A stretch of DNA of 64,000 bases from Thermoanaerobaculia bacterium (lineage in GTDB: Bacteria > Acidobacteriota > Thermoanaerobaculia > Multivoradales > JAHEKO01), in the NCBI GenBank assembly GCA_041394745.1, contig JAWKHP010000003.1, forward strand, positions 29,110 to 93,109, read 5' to 3'. Below the pieces are notes generated by a model. That model was not told where the DNA came from, ran no database searches, and was given only the letters and a program-made list of their open reading frames with translations. Shown here one piece after another: positions 36,751 to 46,766 of the stretch. Made by a program: the position numbers and the translations under genes. Positions within the stretch are counted from its first letter, which is position 1. Each line of letters starts with the position of its first letter.

Positions 36751-39573
36751 TCACCCGGTGTTCTGCAACCCGTGGGCGATGCCGGTGACGGTGGCGAAGA
36801 GGGTTTGGAGGAGGGTGTCGTCCGGTGCGATTCGCCAGCCGCGCCAGCGGCAGGTGCCGACCTGGAGGAGGCTCATCGGGTCGACGTAGGGGTTGCGCAG
36901 GCGGATGGAGCGGGCGAGGACGGGGTCGGCTTCGAGGATCTCGGTCTGGCCGGTGGCGCGCAGGAGCAGGTCGACGGTGAGGTCGTGCTCGCGGCGGACC
37001 TCGTCGAAGAGGGGGCGGGCGTCGGGGTCAGCGGCGCGGCGTGGCCGCTCGGCGATATCGAGGTCGGACTTGGCGAGCGCCATCTCGACGTCGGCCAGGA
37101 GGTTGCGCACAGAGGACGGCGGTGAGCGCGGTGAGGGCGTCGTCGCCGCCCTCCTCGGCGACGGCGGCCAGGCCGCTCCCGACGCCAGAACCAGCCAGGC
37201 ACCCATCTGCCGGCTCTGCGTCCACGAGAAGACCCACGGGATGGCGCGCAGCGACTCCGCGCCGCCGCCCTCGGAGCGTGAGGCCGGACGCGAGCCGATC
37301 GACGGCCATCGATGACGTCGATCGGCGTGGCGGCGCGGAAGTAGGACTCGAACCAGGGGTCCTCGTGAACAACCGGTGGCTCCCCGACTGGCCGACGCCG
37401 AAGAGCCCCAGCCAGGCACGCCCGGGGACTGGTTCCGATCGACCCCTCCCCGTCGTCGGGGACAGGGCGAGGCAGGTACCAAACCGGCCGGGGTCGTCGG
37501 TGGTGGCGTCTGGCGGTGCAGGGCCAGTCGGAACCTGTCCCCTGACGGTGGCCAAGAGGACGGCGCCGGTGGTGCGCTCGGGGTTGCGCTCGGCGATGCC
37601 GCGCAGGCCGTACTTGTCAGCGATCACCTCGCCCTGCTCGGTCACCCGCAGCCAACCGCCAAGCCGAGCCGGGGGCGCGGCGAGGATGGCGCGGTGGTCT
37701 GCCGCCGCCGCGGCCGACGGTGCCGCCGCGGCCGTGGAGAGGACAAGGGCACACCCTCGCGACAGGCGACCTCGACCCGGGCGCTCCTGGAGCCCGCTGC
37801 AGGCCGCAGCGCGAGGCGGCGATGCCGCGTGCGCCTTTCGAGTCACTGCCAGCCCACCATCACGTGCTGGGTGAGGCCGCGGCCCTCGAGATGCCGCCGG
37901 TAGACGGGATCGCGAACGAGCTCGGTCAGCACCTCCGGCGCCGCCTCGAGATCGGCGACGGTCTCGAAGAGCGGGCAGACGTCGACCGCCGCGGGTCGCC
38001 GGTGGCCAACGGGCCGGCGCCAGCACCGAGAGCACGTCGTCGCCGCCCGCGCCATGCTGATGATCGAGAGACCGACGGCGGCGGGTCCCAAGGTCCGTCG
38101 CGCCTCGGCGGCCGCGCGGAACGACTCGAGGACCCGTTCGGTCTCGGGATCGGCGGCCCCGTCTCCCAGGCCCGGAGCCGGGCGGTCCGGCGACCGGGCC
38201 GCGCCCAGCATGGCGTGAAGGACGTCTGCGCGCTCGGCCGCGGAGCGCGTCCCCCACTGGGCGTCATTCAGAAGCCGGCCGACGGCCTGTCGGTGGACGG
38301 CGGCGTGCTGGCGCTGGTCGAGGGTGGCCAGGTGGAAGCCGAAGGTGGCCAGGCGTCTCTCGAGGCGGCGCAGCCAGAAGAGCCCCGCGTGCTCGCCGTG
38401 GTGGCGCGACAGGCTCTCGGCGATCGTGGCGAGATCGGCGGCAAAGCCGGCCGGCCCGTCGTAGCCCGCTTCGCCTCCGGCCGCGGTGGCGTCGAGGCGG
38501 GCGGCGATCAGGGTGAGGAGGACGTGGTAGGGCATCCGCCGCCGCCGCTCGGGGATCGCCGCCCGGGCCTCGGGGAGGAGCTCGCCCAGCGCCTCGATGC
38601 GCTCATCCACCGCGCCGTCCACCTCGACGCGCTCCGTCGACTGCGAGAGCCGCCCGGCGAGCGCGCGGACGTCGCGCCGGTAGAGGCCGAGGACGAGCTC
38701 GCGCTGGCGCGCCAGGGCGGCGCGGAAGGTGCCGGCGTCGACGAACGGGTTGCCGTCCATGTCGCCGCCGACCCAGGAGCCGAAGCGCAGGAGGGCCGGT
38801 GCCCGCCGGGTCCCCCCCGCCTCGGGCCAGGCGGCGACGGCCGCGCGCTCGAGCTCCTCGAGGAAGGGCGGGACGACGCGATACAAGACGTCGGTCAGGA
38901 AGAAGAGCACGTGCTCCCGCTCGTCGGCCACCGTCGGACGCTCGGCCGAGAGCTCGCGGGTCTGCCAGGCGGTCGTCACCTCGGCCCGCAGCCGGGCATC
39001 GATGGCCCGCCGCTCCGGCACGGTCAGCGACGGGTCGAGCCGCTCGACCAGGGAACGGGCGATGCGCTGCTCCTTCTCCAGCAGGACGCGCGGCGTCGCC
39101 TCGGTGGGGTGGGCGGTGAAGACCGGCTCGACCCGCAGGCCGTCGAGGAGCTCCTGGAGGTCGGAGGCGGACAGCTCCGGGCGCTCTGCGCGCAGTCGCG
39201 CCAGGACGTCGAGCAGGCTCTCCGGCTGCGGCGGCCCGTCCTCCACGCGCAGGTAGCTGCGCCGCCGCCGGATGCGGTGCACCTTCTCGGCGAGGTTGAC
39301 GACCCGGAAGTAGGCCGCGAAGGCGCGCACCAGCTCGCCTGCGCCGACGGCGTCGAGCGCCGCGAGGTCCCGAGCCAGCTCCGCGCCGGCCGCCGCGTCC
39401 CCCTGACGGCGGCGGATGGCGAGGCGCCGTGCCGACTCCACCCGCTCGAAGAGCTCGGGGCCGCCCTGCTCGACGAGCATCTCGCCCACCAGGGCCCCGA
39501 GCTCGCGCACGTCATGGCGCAGGGGCTCGTCCTTGGCGTTGAGCTCGACGTCGCGATCGAACGGTTGCGTCAC
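36751..39573 (-). CDS. ppc: phosphoenolpyruvate carboxylase, split over three frames by at least three apparent indels
   Basis: The N-terminal 576 aa are in ORF 37843..39573 (VFTAHPTE motif). A central piece LRVTEQGEVIADKYGLRGIAERN is in ORF 37028..38257. The C-terminus RAIPWVFSWTQSRQ...LRNPYVDPMSLLQV...GIAHGLQNTG* is in ORF 36751..37482. Confidence 0.7.
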
Positions 39574-39614
39574 CCCCGGAGCGTACCGGAGGGACGGTCA
39601 GTCGCGGCGGCGCC

Positions 39615-40799
39615 TCAGGGCGCGACGACGCTCCAGGCGGAGGTGTCGCCGGTTTCGAAGCCGTCGGCGAAGACCAGCGGCCTCGCCACGGCCACCTTGA
39701 GGTCGAGGTCGCCATTGTCGAAGTAGCTCACCACCGGGAGGCCGTCGGCTCCGAGGACGATCGACGTGAAGTAGCCGACGTCCCCGGCGACGTCGACGGT
39801 CTGCAGGGTGGCGGCGGAGCACGCGGCGTCCGCACACCAGGCGACCTCGAGATCGCCGTTCGTCACGTCCGTGTAGCTCACGATGGGCAGGCCCCCGGCT
39901 CCGCGGACGATCGAGGTGTACTGCCCGACGTCCTCGATGCCGTCGACGGTCACCGAGGAGGCGGACGCGCAGCTCGCGTCGTCGCAGTGCGCCACCTTGA
40001 GATCGAAGCCGGTCGAATCCAGGTAGCTGACGACCGGCAGGTCATCGGCGCCGATGGCGATCGCCGTGTAGGCGCCGACGTTGCCGTCACTGTCGACGGT
40101 GTGCCGCTCGGCGGAGGCGCAGAGGAGATCGCCGCAGTGCGCCACCTTGAGGGCGTTGTTGCCGTAGTCGCGGTAGCTGATGACCGGCAGCCCATCCGTG
40201 CCGATGGCGATCGAAGTGTTCTGTCCGACGTCCGGGCCGTCGTCGACCACCTCGAGATGGGCGGAGGTGCAGGGCACGTCGGCGCAGTGCGCCGCCTTCA
40301 ACGTGCCGTTGTCGAGGTCCAGATAGCTGATGATCGCGAGCCCGTCGATCCCGATGGCGATCGAGGTGTGGAAGCCCACGTCACCGGCGCTGTCGAGGGT
40401 GGTGAGGGTGGCCGTCGAGCACGCGACGTCCTCGCAGTGCGCCACCCGGAGATCGTTGGCGGCAGCGTCGAGGTAGCTGACGATGGCGAGCCCGTCGGTG
40501 CCGACGGCGATCGAGGACTCGAACCCCGGATCGCCCTGGTCGTCGATGGTGTGCAGGGTCCTCGTAGCGCAGAGGGGATCGTCGCAGTGGGCGATCTCGA
40601 GCGTGGAGTGGGTGAAATCGCGGTAGCTCACGATCGGCAGCTCGTCCGCGCCGAGGGCGATCGAGGTGTAGCCCCCTACCGCGTCGGCGCCGTCGACGAT
40701 GCCGATTCGCCAGGCGGGCAGCCGAGCTCCACCGCGGGCCGCCGTGGCCGCTGCTGCAAGGATCAGGCAGGCGATCCGAAACGTCCGTCGAGGATCCAT
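39615..40799 (-). CDS. secreted repeat protein with about eight 44-aa beta-propeller-like repeats, each carrying a CxDxxC motif
   Basis: The signal peptide is MDPRRTFRIACLILAAAATAARGGA. The repeat unit is VDxxGDVGxYTSIAIGxDGLPxVSYxDxxNxxLKVAHCxDxxCxxA. The protein ends ...LVFADGFETGDTSAWSVVAP*. Confidence 0.6.
   Translation of the reverse strand: MDPRRTFRIACLILAAAATAARGGARLPAWRIGIVDGADAVGGYTSIALGADELPIVSYRDFTHSTLEIAHCDDPLCATRTLHTIDDQGDPGFESSIAVGTDGLAIVSYLDAAANDLRVAHCEDVACSTATLTTLDSAGDVGFHTSIAIGIDGLAIISYLDLDNGTLKAAHCADVPCTSAHLEVVDDGPDVGQNTSIAIGTDGLPVISYRDYGNNALKVAHCGDLLCASAERHTVDSDGNVGAYTAIAIGADDLPVVSYLDSTGFDLKVAHCDDASCASASSVTVDGIEDVGQYTSIVRGAGGLPIVSYTDVTNGDLEVAWCADAACSAATLQTVDVAGDVGYFTSIVLGADGLPVVSYFDNGDLDLKVAVARPLVFADGFETGDTSAWSVVAP
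39660..40720. repeat. about 8 tandem coding repeats of 132 bp inside the repeat-protein gene
   Basis: The repeat units have near-identical lengths and recurring codons (gtcgac...ggcgacgtcggc...agctacctcgac). They are coding repeats, not CRISPR. Confidence 0.5.
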
Positions 40800-40894
40800 C
40801 GCGACGCTCCTCCCTGCTGCGAGAGAGGAGGCGTCGCGGCGGATTGCTCACGCCGGTGCGGGGCGCCGGGTCTCCCCGACGCCCCGCACGGGCT

Positions 40895-41956
40895 CTAGTT
40901 GATGTCCTGCCCCGCTTCGAGCTGGTCGACCAGGCCCTGGATGTAGGCCTTCTGGTTCTCCGGCGCCTTGCCGAGGCTGACCTTCATCTGCTCGGCGGCT
41001 TCGGCGAAGTCGCCCTGGGCGGAGAGGGCGCGGGCGAGGCCCACCTCGACGAACCAGGCGTCGGGGTTCTGCGCGACGTTGCGGCGGAAGACGGCCACGG
41101 CACCGTCGACGTCGCCCTGGCCGAGCAGGGTCCGACCGTAGTTGTGCAGCTGCGCGGCGTTGGCGATCGCCAGCGCACGGTCCATCGTCTCCGCGGCCTC
41201 CGCGCTCTTGCCGGTTTTCTCGAGCAGCTGCGACTTCACCTGCAGGTTCTCGAAGCGCTCCTCGTTCTGGATCGAGGTCTCGGCCCAGCCGAGCGCCTCC
41301 TCGAGCGCCAGGTCCTTCTGCAGCGCCCAGTTGGCGGCCTGGGTGTAGCCCATCCAGAAGAACTGCGGCAGGCCGGTCAGCTGGTCGCGGATCGACGCCA
41401 GGGTGATGGCGTCGGCGTCGAAGGTGAAGGTGATCGGCACCTCGAGGCCGGCCCAGTGCAGGACCAGGTCGGCGGAGTCCTCGTCGAGGTTCTCGAAGCG
41501 GAACTCGAGGCGCTCCTGGGGGCCCGCCTCGCGCGCCGACGCGGCGACGCGCAGCGCGTCGTGGGACTCGTCGTAGGCGAAGCTGCCCCAGGCGTTGTGG
41601 TCGTTGGAGAAGATGACCGTCCATCCGGACTCGGTGGGGATCGTGTGCAGGCCGTAGGAGCCCGCGGCGAGCGGGCTGCCCTGGACCACGGCGTCGTGGC
41701 TGAGCGTCACCACCGTGTTCTCGTTCGCCCCCGTGCGCCAGACCTGACCCCAGGGCACCAGGGCGCCCCAGACCTCGCGGTCGTTCACCGCGGGCCGGCA
41801 GTAGACGACGTCGATCTCGGCCATCCCGACGGCTTGGCGGACCTCGGCCCGCGGGCTGACGTCGGGAAGCAGGATGTTCTGGGCCTGCCGCTGCGCGGCG
41901 GCCGGCAACGTAGCGAGCGTGAGGGCGAGCAGCGCCCCGGGAATCCGTCGATGCAT
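40895..41956 (-). CDS. DUF2911-domain secreted protein with C-terminal TPR-like repeats
   Basis: MHRRIPGALLALTLATLPAAAQ, then ANENTVVTLSHDAVVQGSPLAAGSYGLHTIPTESGWTVIFSNDHNAWGSFAYD (DUF2911 pattern), then helical repeats. Confidence 0.6.
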   Translation of the reverse strand: MHRRIPGALLALTLATLPAAAQRQAQNILLPDVSPRAEVRQAVGMAEIDVVYCRPAVNDREVWGALVPWGQVWRTGANENTVVTLSHDAVVQGSPLAAGSYGLHTIPTESGWTVIFSNDHNAWGSFAYDESHDALRVAASAREAGPQERLEFRFENLDEDSADLVLHWAGLEVPITFTFDADAITLASIRDQLTGLPQFFWMGYTQAANWALQKDLALEEALGWAETSIQNEERFENLQVKSQLLEKTGKSAEAAETMDRALAIANAAQLHNYGRTLLGQGDVDGAVAVFRRNVAQNPDAWFVEVGLARALSAQGDFAEAAEQMKVSLGKAPENQKAYIQGLVDQLEAGQDIN

Positions 41957-42138
41957 GGTCCTTTCCTCCTGTCCGGTCGGCCGAGCCGCCGGCGTTCGAG
42001 AGCCAGCCTGGTGGGTCACCACCGCCGTGTACGGATGGAGGCGCCTCGGGTTGCGGGAGGAGGCCGGCCGGAGCCGGGACTCCTGCTATTCTGCGCCGCA
42101 AGCCAACCGGAGCAATCCGAATCGGAGGAGGACTCTCC

Positions 42139-42693
42139 ATGGTCGAGATGACCGCGTTGTGGTTGCCGATCCTTCTGTCCGCCGTCTTCGTCTTCATCGC
42201 CAGCTCGGTGGTGCACATGGTGCTGCCCTACCACCGCAGCGACTACGGCAAGCTGGCCGACGAGGACGTGGTGCTGGACGCCCTGCGGGCGCAGAACGCC
42301 GGCCCCTCCGACTACGTGCTGCCCTACTGCGCGTCGGCGGCTGAGCGCAACGATCCGACGGTGAAGGCAAAGCTCGAGCGGGGGCCGATCGTGTTCATGA
42401 CCGTGCGCAGCGGCTTCGGCATGGGCGGAGCCATGGTGACGTGGTTCCTCTACTGCGTCGTGATCTCGATCTTCGCCGCGTATCTGGCGAGCCGGTTCAT
42501 CGCCCCCGGCACCGAGTACCTCGAGGTGTTCCGGCTGGTCGGGACCGCGGCCTTCCTCGGATACGCGGGCGCGGCTCCGGCCCAATCGATCTGGATGGGG
42601 CGCAAGTGGTCGACGACCTTCAAGCACGTCTTCGACGGCCTCGTCTTCGGAATGCTGACCGCCGGCACCTTCGGGTGGCTCTGGCCGGCGTGA
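42139..42693 (+). CDS. hypothetical integral membrane protein (184 aa, about 4 TM helices)
   Basis: A clean ORF, hydrophobic throughout, preceded by ggaggagga about 8 nt upstream. Confidence 0.55.
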   Translation: MVEMTALWLPILLSAVFVFIASSVVHMVLPYHRSDYGKLADEDVVLDALRAQNAGPSDYVLPYCASAAERNDPTVKAKLERGPIVFMTVRSGFGMGGAMVTWFLYCVVISIFAAYLASRFIAPGTEYLEVFRLVGTAAFLGYAGAAPAQSIWMGRKWSTTFKHVFDGLVFGMLTAGTFGWLWPA

Positions 42694-44288
42694 GGCGAAC
42701 GCAGCTCCTGCGCGCCGGACTGGTCCTCGGGCTGACCGGCTGGATCGTCGTCGGCGCCATCGGCGAGGTCCAGGACCTGGGGACCATCTCGTTCCCCAAC
42801 TCCGGAGCTCCGGACGCGCAGGAGGCCTTCGTCCGCGGCGTGCTGTTGCTGCACAGCTTCGAGTTCGCCGACGCGCGCGAGGCCTTCCGGGAGGCCGAGG
42901 GCATCGACCCCGGATTCGCCCTCGCCTACTGGGGCGAGGCGATGACGCACAACCATCCGCTGTGGCGCGAGCAGGATCGGGCGGCGGCTCTGGCCGCCCT
43001 CGAGAAGCTGGCGCCGACGCCGGTGGAGCGGCTGGCCAAGGCGCCCACCGCGCGGGAGCAGGGCTACCTGCGCGCGGTCGAGGCGCTCTACGGGGAGGGC
43101 GACAAGCGGGCTCGCGACCAGGCCTACTCGCGGGAGATGGAGCGGCTGTCGGCGACCTGGCCGGACGATCTCGAAGCGAAGTCGTTCTACGCCCTGTCGA
43201 TCCTCGGAACGACCCAGGGAGAGCGCGACTTCGCGACGTTCATGCGGGCTGCGGCGGTGGCGGAGGAGGTCTTCGCCTTCAACCCGCGTCATCCGGGGGC
43301 AGCGCACTACCTCATCCACTCCTACGACGACCCCGTGCACGCGCCGTTGGGCCTGCGGGCGGCCCGGGTCTACGCCGACATCGCGCCGGCGGCTCCCCAC
43401 GCGCAGCACATGATCTCGCACATCTACGTGGCTCTGGGGCGCTGGGCCGATTCGATCGACGCCAACGTGAAGTCGTTCGCGGTCTCGGTCGAACGGGCCG
43501 AACGCAAGGGGCTCGACGCGGACGCCCGCAACTACCATGCGCTCCATTGGTTGGAGTACTCGCGCCTGCAACTCGGCGAGCTCGCACAGGCGCGGGCGCT
43601 GCTCGACGAAATGGCGGGCTACGCCGGGGAGACCGGGAGCGGGCGCGCGCTCTGGCACTGGGCCGCGTTCCGGGCCGCGTGGGCGGTCGAGACGCGGGGT
43701 CGAGACCTTCCCGCCGGGCCGGATCCGGAGGGTCTGTCCTTCGACGCGGCGATCCTCGAGCACTTCGCGCGGGGTACGGTCGCGCTGGCGCACGGCGACG
43801 TCGGTGCGGCCTCGGCGGCGGCGGCGGGGATCCGCGCGGCGCGGGCCGCGACGGCCGTGCGTGAGGTGGGCGACGGCGCGGCGGTCTTCGAGACCGACCT
43901 CGAGGTCGCCGACGTGATGGCGGCCCAGCTCGCGGCGGGCGCGGCTCTGGCGCGCGGTGAGGAGGCCGAGGCGCTGGAGACGCTCGGTGCCGCGGCGGCG
44001 GTGGAGGCCGCTCTGCCCCTCGAGTACGGCCCGCCCTCGATCGCCAAGCCCTCGCACGAGCTGCTCGGCGAGATGTTGCTCTCCCTCGACCGGCCGGGCG
44101 AGGCGCGTGCCGCGTTCGAGACGGCGCTCTCCCGCGCCCCGCGCCGGCGCCTGTCGCTCGAGGGGCTGGCGGCGGCGTCGGCTGCGCTCGGCGACGCCGA
44201 GGCGACGCGCGACGCCTGCGCGGAGTTGGCGGCGATCGACGAGCATGCCGACGACGACGTGCCCCGGCCCGCCGCCTGCGCGGGCTGA
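42690..44288 (+). CDS. hypothetical helical-repeat (TPR-like) protein with an N-terminal TM anchor
   Basis: A GTG at 42690 overlaps the upstream stop (GTGA). It starts VRRTQLLRAGLVLGLTGWIVVGAIG (TM helix) and is about 530 aa, Ala/Leu-rich and helical. Confidence 0.5.
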   Translation: MRRTQLLRAGLVLGLTGWIVVGAIGEVQDLGTISFPNSGAPDAQEAFVRGVLLLHSFEFADAREAFREAEGIDPGFALAYWGEAMTHNHPLWREQDRAAALAALEKLAPTPVERLAKAPTAREQGYLRAVEALYGEGDKRARDQAYSREMERLSATWPDDLEAKSFYALSILGTTQGERDFATFMRAAAVAEEVFAFNPRHPGAAHYLIHSYDDPVHAPLGLRAARVYADIAPAAPHAQHMISHIYVALGRWADSIDANVKSFAVSVERAERKGLDADARNYHALHWLEYSRLQLGELAQARALLDEMAGYAGETGSGRALWHWAAFRAAWAVETRGRDLPAGPDPEGLSFDAAILEHFARGTVALAHGDVGAASAAAAGIRAARAATAVREVGDGAAVFETDLEVADVMAAQLAAGAALARGEEAEALETLGAAAAVEAALPLEYGPPSIAKPSHELLGEMLLSLDRPGEARAAFETALSRAPRRRLSLEGLAAASAALGDAEATRDACAELAAIDEHADDDVPRPAACAG

Positions 44289-44299
44289 TCCGCCCCCAC

Positions 44300-44400
44300 C
44301 CCGGCCGGCAGAGGCGCCGGCCGCTTCGATCCGCCTTCCCGGGGCAGAATGTCTGAAGCGGCCGGCCCCCGTGCCGGCCGGACGCGGGTCCCGCCGTCCA
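44300..44400. repeat. REP-like intergenic element, same family as 26990-27117
   Basis: GGCGCCGGCCGCTTC...GAAGCGGCC stem, then GGCCCCCGTGCCGGCCGGACGCGGGTCCCGCC, which is about 90% identical to the 27013-27045 motif. Confidence 0.45.
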
Positions 44401-44468
44401 CCGAGGGCCCGTTCCGCCGGGACCCTCCGGCTCCGATCGGGTATGCTGCCGTCGCCTTTTCGAGACCC

Positions 44469-45608
44469 ATGCGACGACTCCCGATCCTCGCCCTCGTCGC
44501 CCTCGTGAGTACCGTCCTCCCGGCGGCAGGGGTCGAGCCCGCGAGCCTGGACGAGCTGCTCGCGGCGCCGGTTCCCGCCGGTGAGCCGTTCCGGTTGCTG
44601 CGCCTCTCGGAGCGCGCCGTGTACGCCGAGTTCGCCTCCGCGGCGCTGCGCGCGGAGGCGCTCGAAGGGCTCGATCCGGCCGCGGTCGGGGGTTCGCTCT
44701 CCGGGCCCGCCCTGACCGTCACCGACGCCGCCCTCGCCGCGGCCTACGGCGAGGCGCCGGGCCTGCACGGAGTCGCGGCGCGGTTCCGCGAGGAGCTGGA
44801 GGCCGTCGCGCTCCTGCCTGCCGGTTGGGAGCGCCAAGCCCTCATCACCCTGGTCGCCACCGAGCGCGCGAGCGACCTCTTCGACTTCTCGGCCTCGGCG
44901 CGGATGGAGGCCGTGGCCCGCGAGGCCGACGCCATCGATCAGGGGCGCAGCACCGACCCCGGCCTCGACAGCCGGCTGACCCATTTCGGAAGCGATCTGC
45001 CGAGCGCCGAGCTCTTCGAGGCGTGGAAGTTCGACGACCTTCCCGACGTGGTCGACGAGGCCGGGAGGCGCGACCGTGATGCCGAGCGGTTGGCCGACGC
45101 GCGGCGGGCGCGCTTCCTCTCCGAGGCGGTCCGCGCGCTCTACTGGACCGACCCCTCCTACGAGGCCACGGTCATCGAGTGGATCGAGCAGGAGCTGCGT
45201 CAGGAGGACGTCAACCTCATGGCCCAGCTACTCCAGCTCGCCGGCCTGGCGGAGATCGACCCCGAGACCCTGGTGCGCGAGAGCGCCCCGCACCTCATCG
45301 ACCCGTCCGTGCTCACCGGTCGCCTCTACCGGCGGCTCGAGAGCGTCACGGTCGAGGCCAAGGGGAAGGGCCGCCGGCTCGACGCGGCGCAGTTCCCGGA
45401 CGCGGACCTGCTCGCCCGCGCCGAGACGTTCTATCGACGCTTCTTCGTCGCCGACGGGAAGGGCCGCCTCCAGTTCGAGCTCACCCCGGAGATCCGTACC
45501 TTCATCGACGCGCGCAGTGCGCGCGTCCGCCAGATCACCAGCCCCCACCTCGAGCGCCTGCTCGGGGCGGCGTACCAGAGCGGCCAGGCCGCTGGAGACA
45601 CCCGATGA
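44469..45608 (+). CDS. hypothetical secreted protein (about 380 aa)
   Basis: The Met at 44469 gives the signal peptide MRRLPILALVALVSTVLPAAG. The sequence is protein-like without recognisable motifs. Confidence 0.5.
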   Translation: MRRLPILALVALVSTVLPAAGVEPASLDELLAAPVPAGEPFRLLRLSERAVYAEFASAALRAEALEGLDPAAVGGSLSGPALTVTDAALAAAYGEAPGLHGVAARFREELEAVALLPAGWERQALITLVATERASDLFDFSASARMEAVAREADAIDQGRSTDPGLDSRLTHFGSDLPSAELFEAWKFDDLPDVVDEAGRRDRDAERLADARRARFLSEAVRALYWTDPSYEATVIEWIEQELRQEDVNLMAQLLQLAGLAEIDPETLVRESAPHLIDPSVLTGRLYRRLESVTVEAKGKGRRLDAAQFPDADLLARAETFYRRFFVADGKGRLQFELTPEIRTFIDARSARVRQITSPHLERLLGAAYQSGQAAGDTR

Positions 45609-46069
45609 CCATCGACCCGCACCTCCGTTCCCCCTTCCGTCGCATCCCCGGTTCCGCAGTCTGGCTGCCGGCGCTCGCCCTGGCGCTCACCGTCGCAGCC
45701 TGCGGCGGCGGTGCTCCCGAGGCCGACTCCGCCGCTCCCGTCGCCGACGCCGGCGACTCCGCTCCGACCACGGCAGGTCGTGAGGCCAAGGAGGAGGGAG
45801 CCGGCGGCAAGATCGAGCGGCAGATCGAGCGCTCGCGGCAGACGCTCGACCGGCTGGAGGGCCTGGTCGACGGCCTGACGCCGGAGGAGCGCCTCGAGTT
45901 CGACGACGCGGTCGCCGAGCTCGAGCGGCGGCGCGACGAGGCCGTGGCCGCCGCGGGTGCCAAGGACCTCCGCCCGGCGAAGTTGCGCAGGCTTTCACGC
46001 GAGCTGGCGAAGGTGGCCGACGAGGCCGCGCAGCTCGCCGCCAAGGCCGAAGCAGCCGCCGGCGGCTAG
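45605..46069 (+). CDS. small lipoprotein (lipobox LTVAAC) with a coiled-coil C-terminus
   Basis: The ATG at 45605 overlaps the upstream stop (ATGA). The product reads MTIDPHLRSPFRRIPGSAVWLPALALALTVAACGG. Confidence 0.5.
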   Translation: MTIDPHLRSPFRRIPGSAVWLPALALALTVAACGGGAPEADSAAPVADAGDSAPTTAGREAKEEGAGGKIERQIERSRQTLDRLEGLVDGLTPEERLEFDDAVAELERRRDEAVAAAGAKDLRPAKLRRLSRELAKVADEAAQLAAKAEAAAGG

Positions 46070-46741
46070 TCGCGACGCGGCGCGCGGCTCGAGAGTGCGT
46101 CGAAGACCCGCTCGACGAGCCGGTCGCAGCGACGACCGTCGAAGAGGTAGAGACGGCGCGCCTCCTCGCCGAGGCGCATGTCGAGGACCCGGCGCAGGTG
46201 CAGCTTCGCCCGATGTAGGCGCACCCGGGCGCCCCCCGCCGGGAGCCCGAGCCGCCCCGATCTCCTCGGCGCCCAGCCCCTCGACCTCGCGAAGCACGAA
46301 GACGGGGCGCAACGAACGGGGAAGGGTCGCGATCGCCTCGCGCAGCAGGGCCGCGAGCTCGTCGTTCGCCGTGTCCGCCTCCGGTCCCCGCGGCCCCGGC
46401 CGGGGTGGAGGGAACGCGTCGTCCAGCGGCGTCGTCGGCCGCCGGCGACGGACCCGGGCGAGCGCCTCGTGGACGGCGATACGCGTCACCCAGGTGGCGA
46501 ACGACGCCTCGCCGCGGAACGTCGCCAGCTTGTCGAAGGTCCGGACCCAGGCCTCCTGCACCACGTCTTCGGCCTCTTGCGCACTGTCGACGACGGAGCG
46601 CGTGACCCGATAGAGACGCTGGTTGTAGCGCCGCATCAGGATCTCGAAGAGCTCGATCTCGCCCTCCAAGACGCGCTCGACGACCCGTCCGTCGGCGAGA
46701 GTCGCCAAGTGCGGCCTGACCTCCAGGAGGGGTTGGCTCAT
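46066..46741 (-). CDS. ECF-family sigma-70 factor; apparent frameshift in region 4
   Basis: The Met at 46741 gives MSQPLLEVRPHLATLADGRVVERVLEGEIELFEILMRRYNQRLYRVTRSVVDSAQEAEDVVQEAWVRTF...LREVEGLGAEEIG. The true C-terminus ...ARRLYLFDGRRCDRLVERVFDALSSRAPRRD* is in another frame, with stop (forward cta) at 46066-46068. Confidence 0.7.
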
Positions 46742-46766
46742 CGGAAGCTCGGGCGGAGTGTACTGC

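Noticed and set aside
39660-40720. Regular tandem repeats that could be mistaken for a CRISPR array
   Set aside because: The period is 132 bp with no unique spacers, and the repeats encode the 44-aa protein repeat in-frame. There is no cas gene nearby.
40848-42218. A 456-aa minus ORF overlapping the DUF2911 gene in another frame
   Set aside because: The DUF2911 frame (40895..41956) has a signal peptide and family motifs. The overlapping frame is Arg/Gly/Pro-rich.
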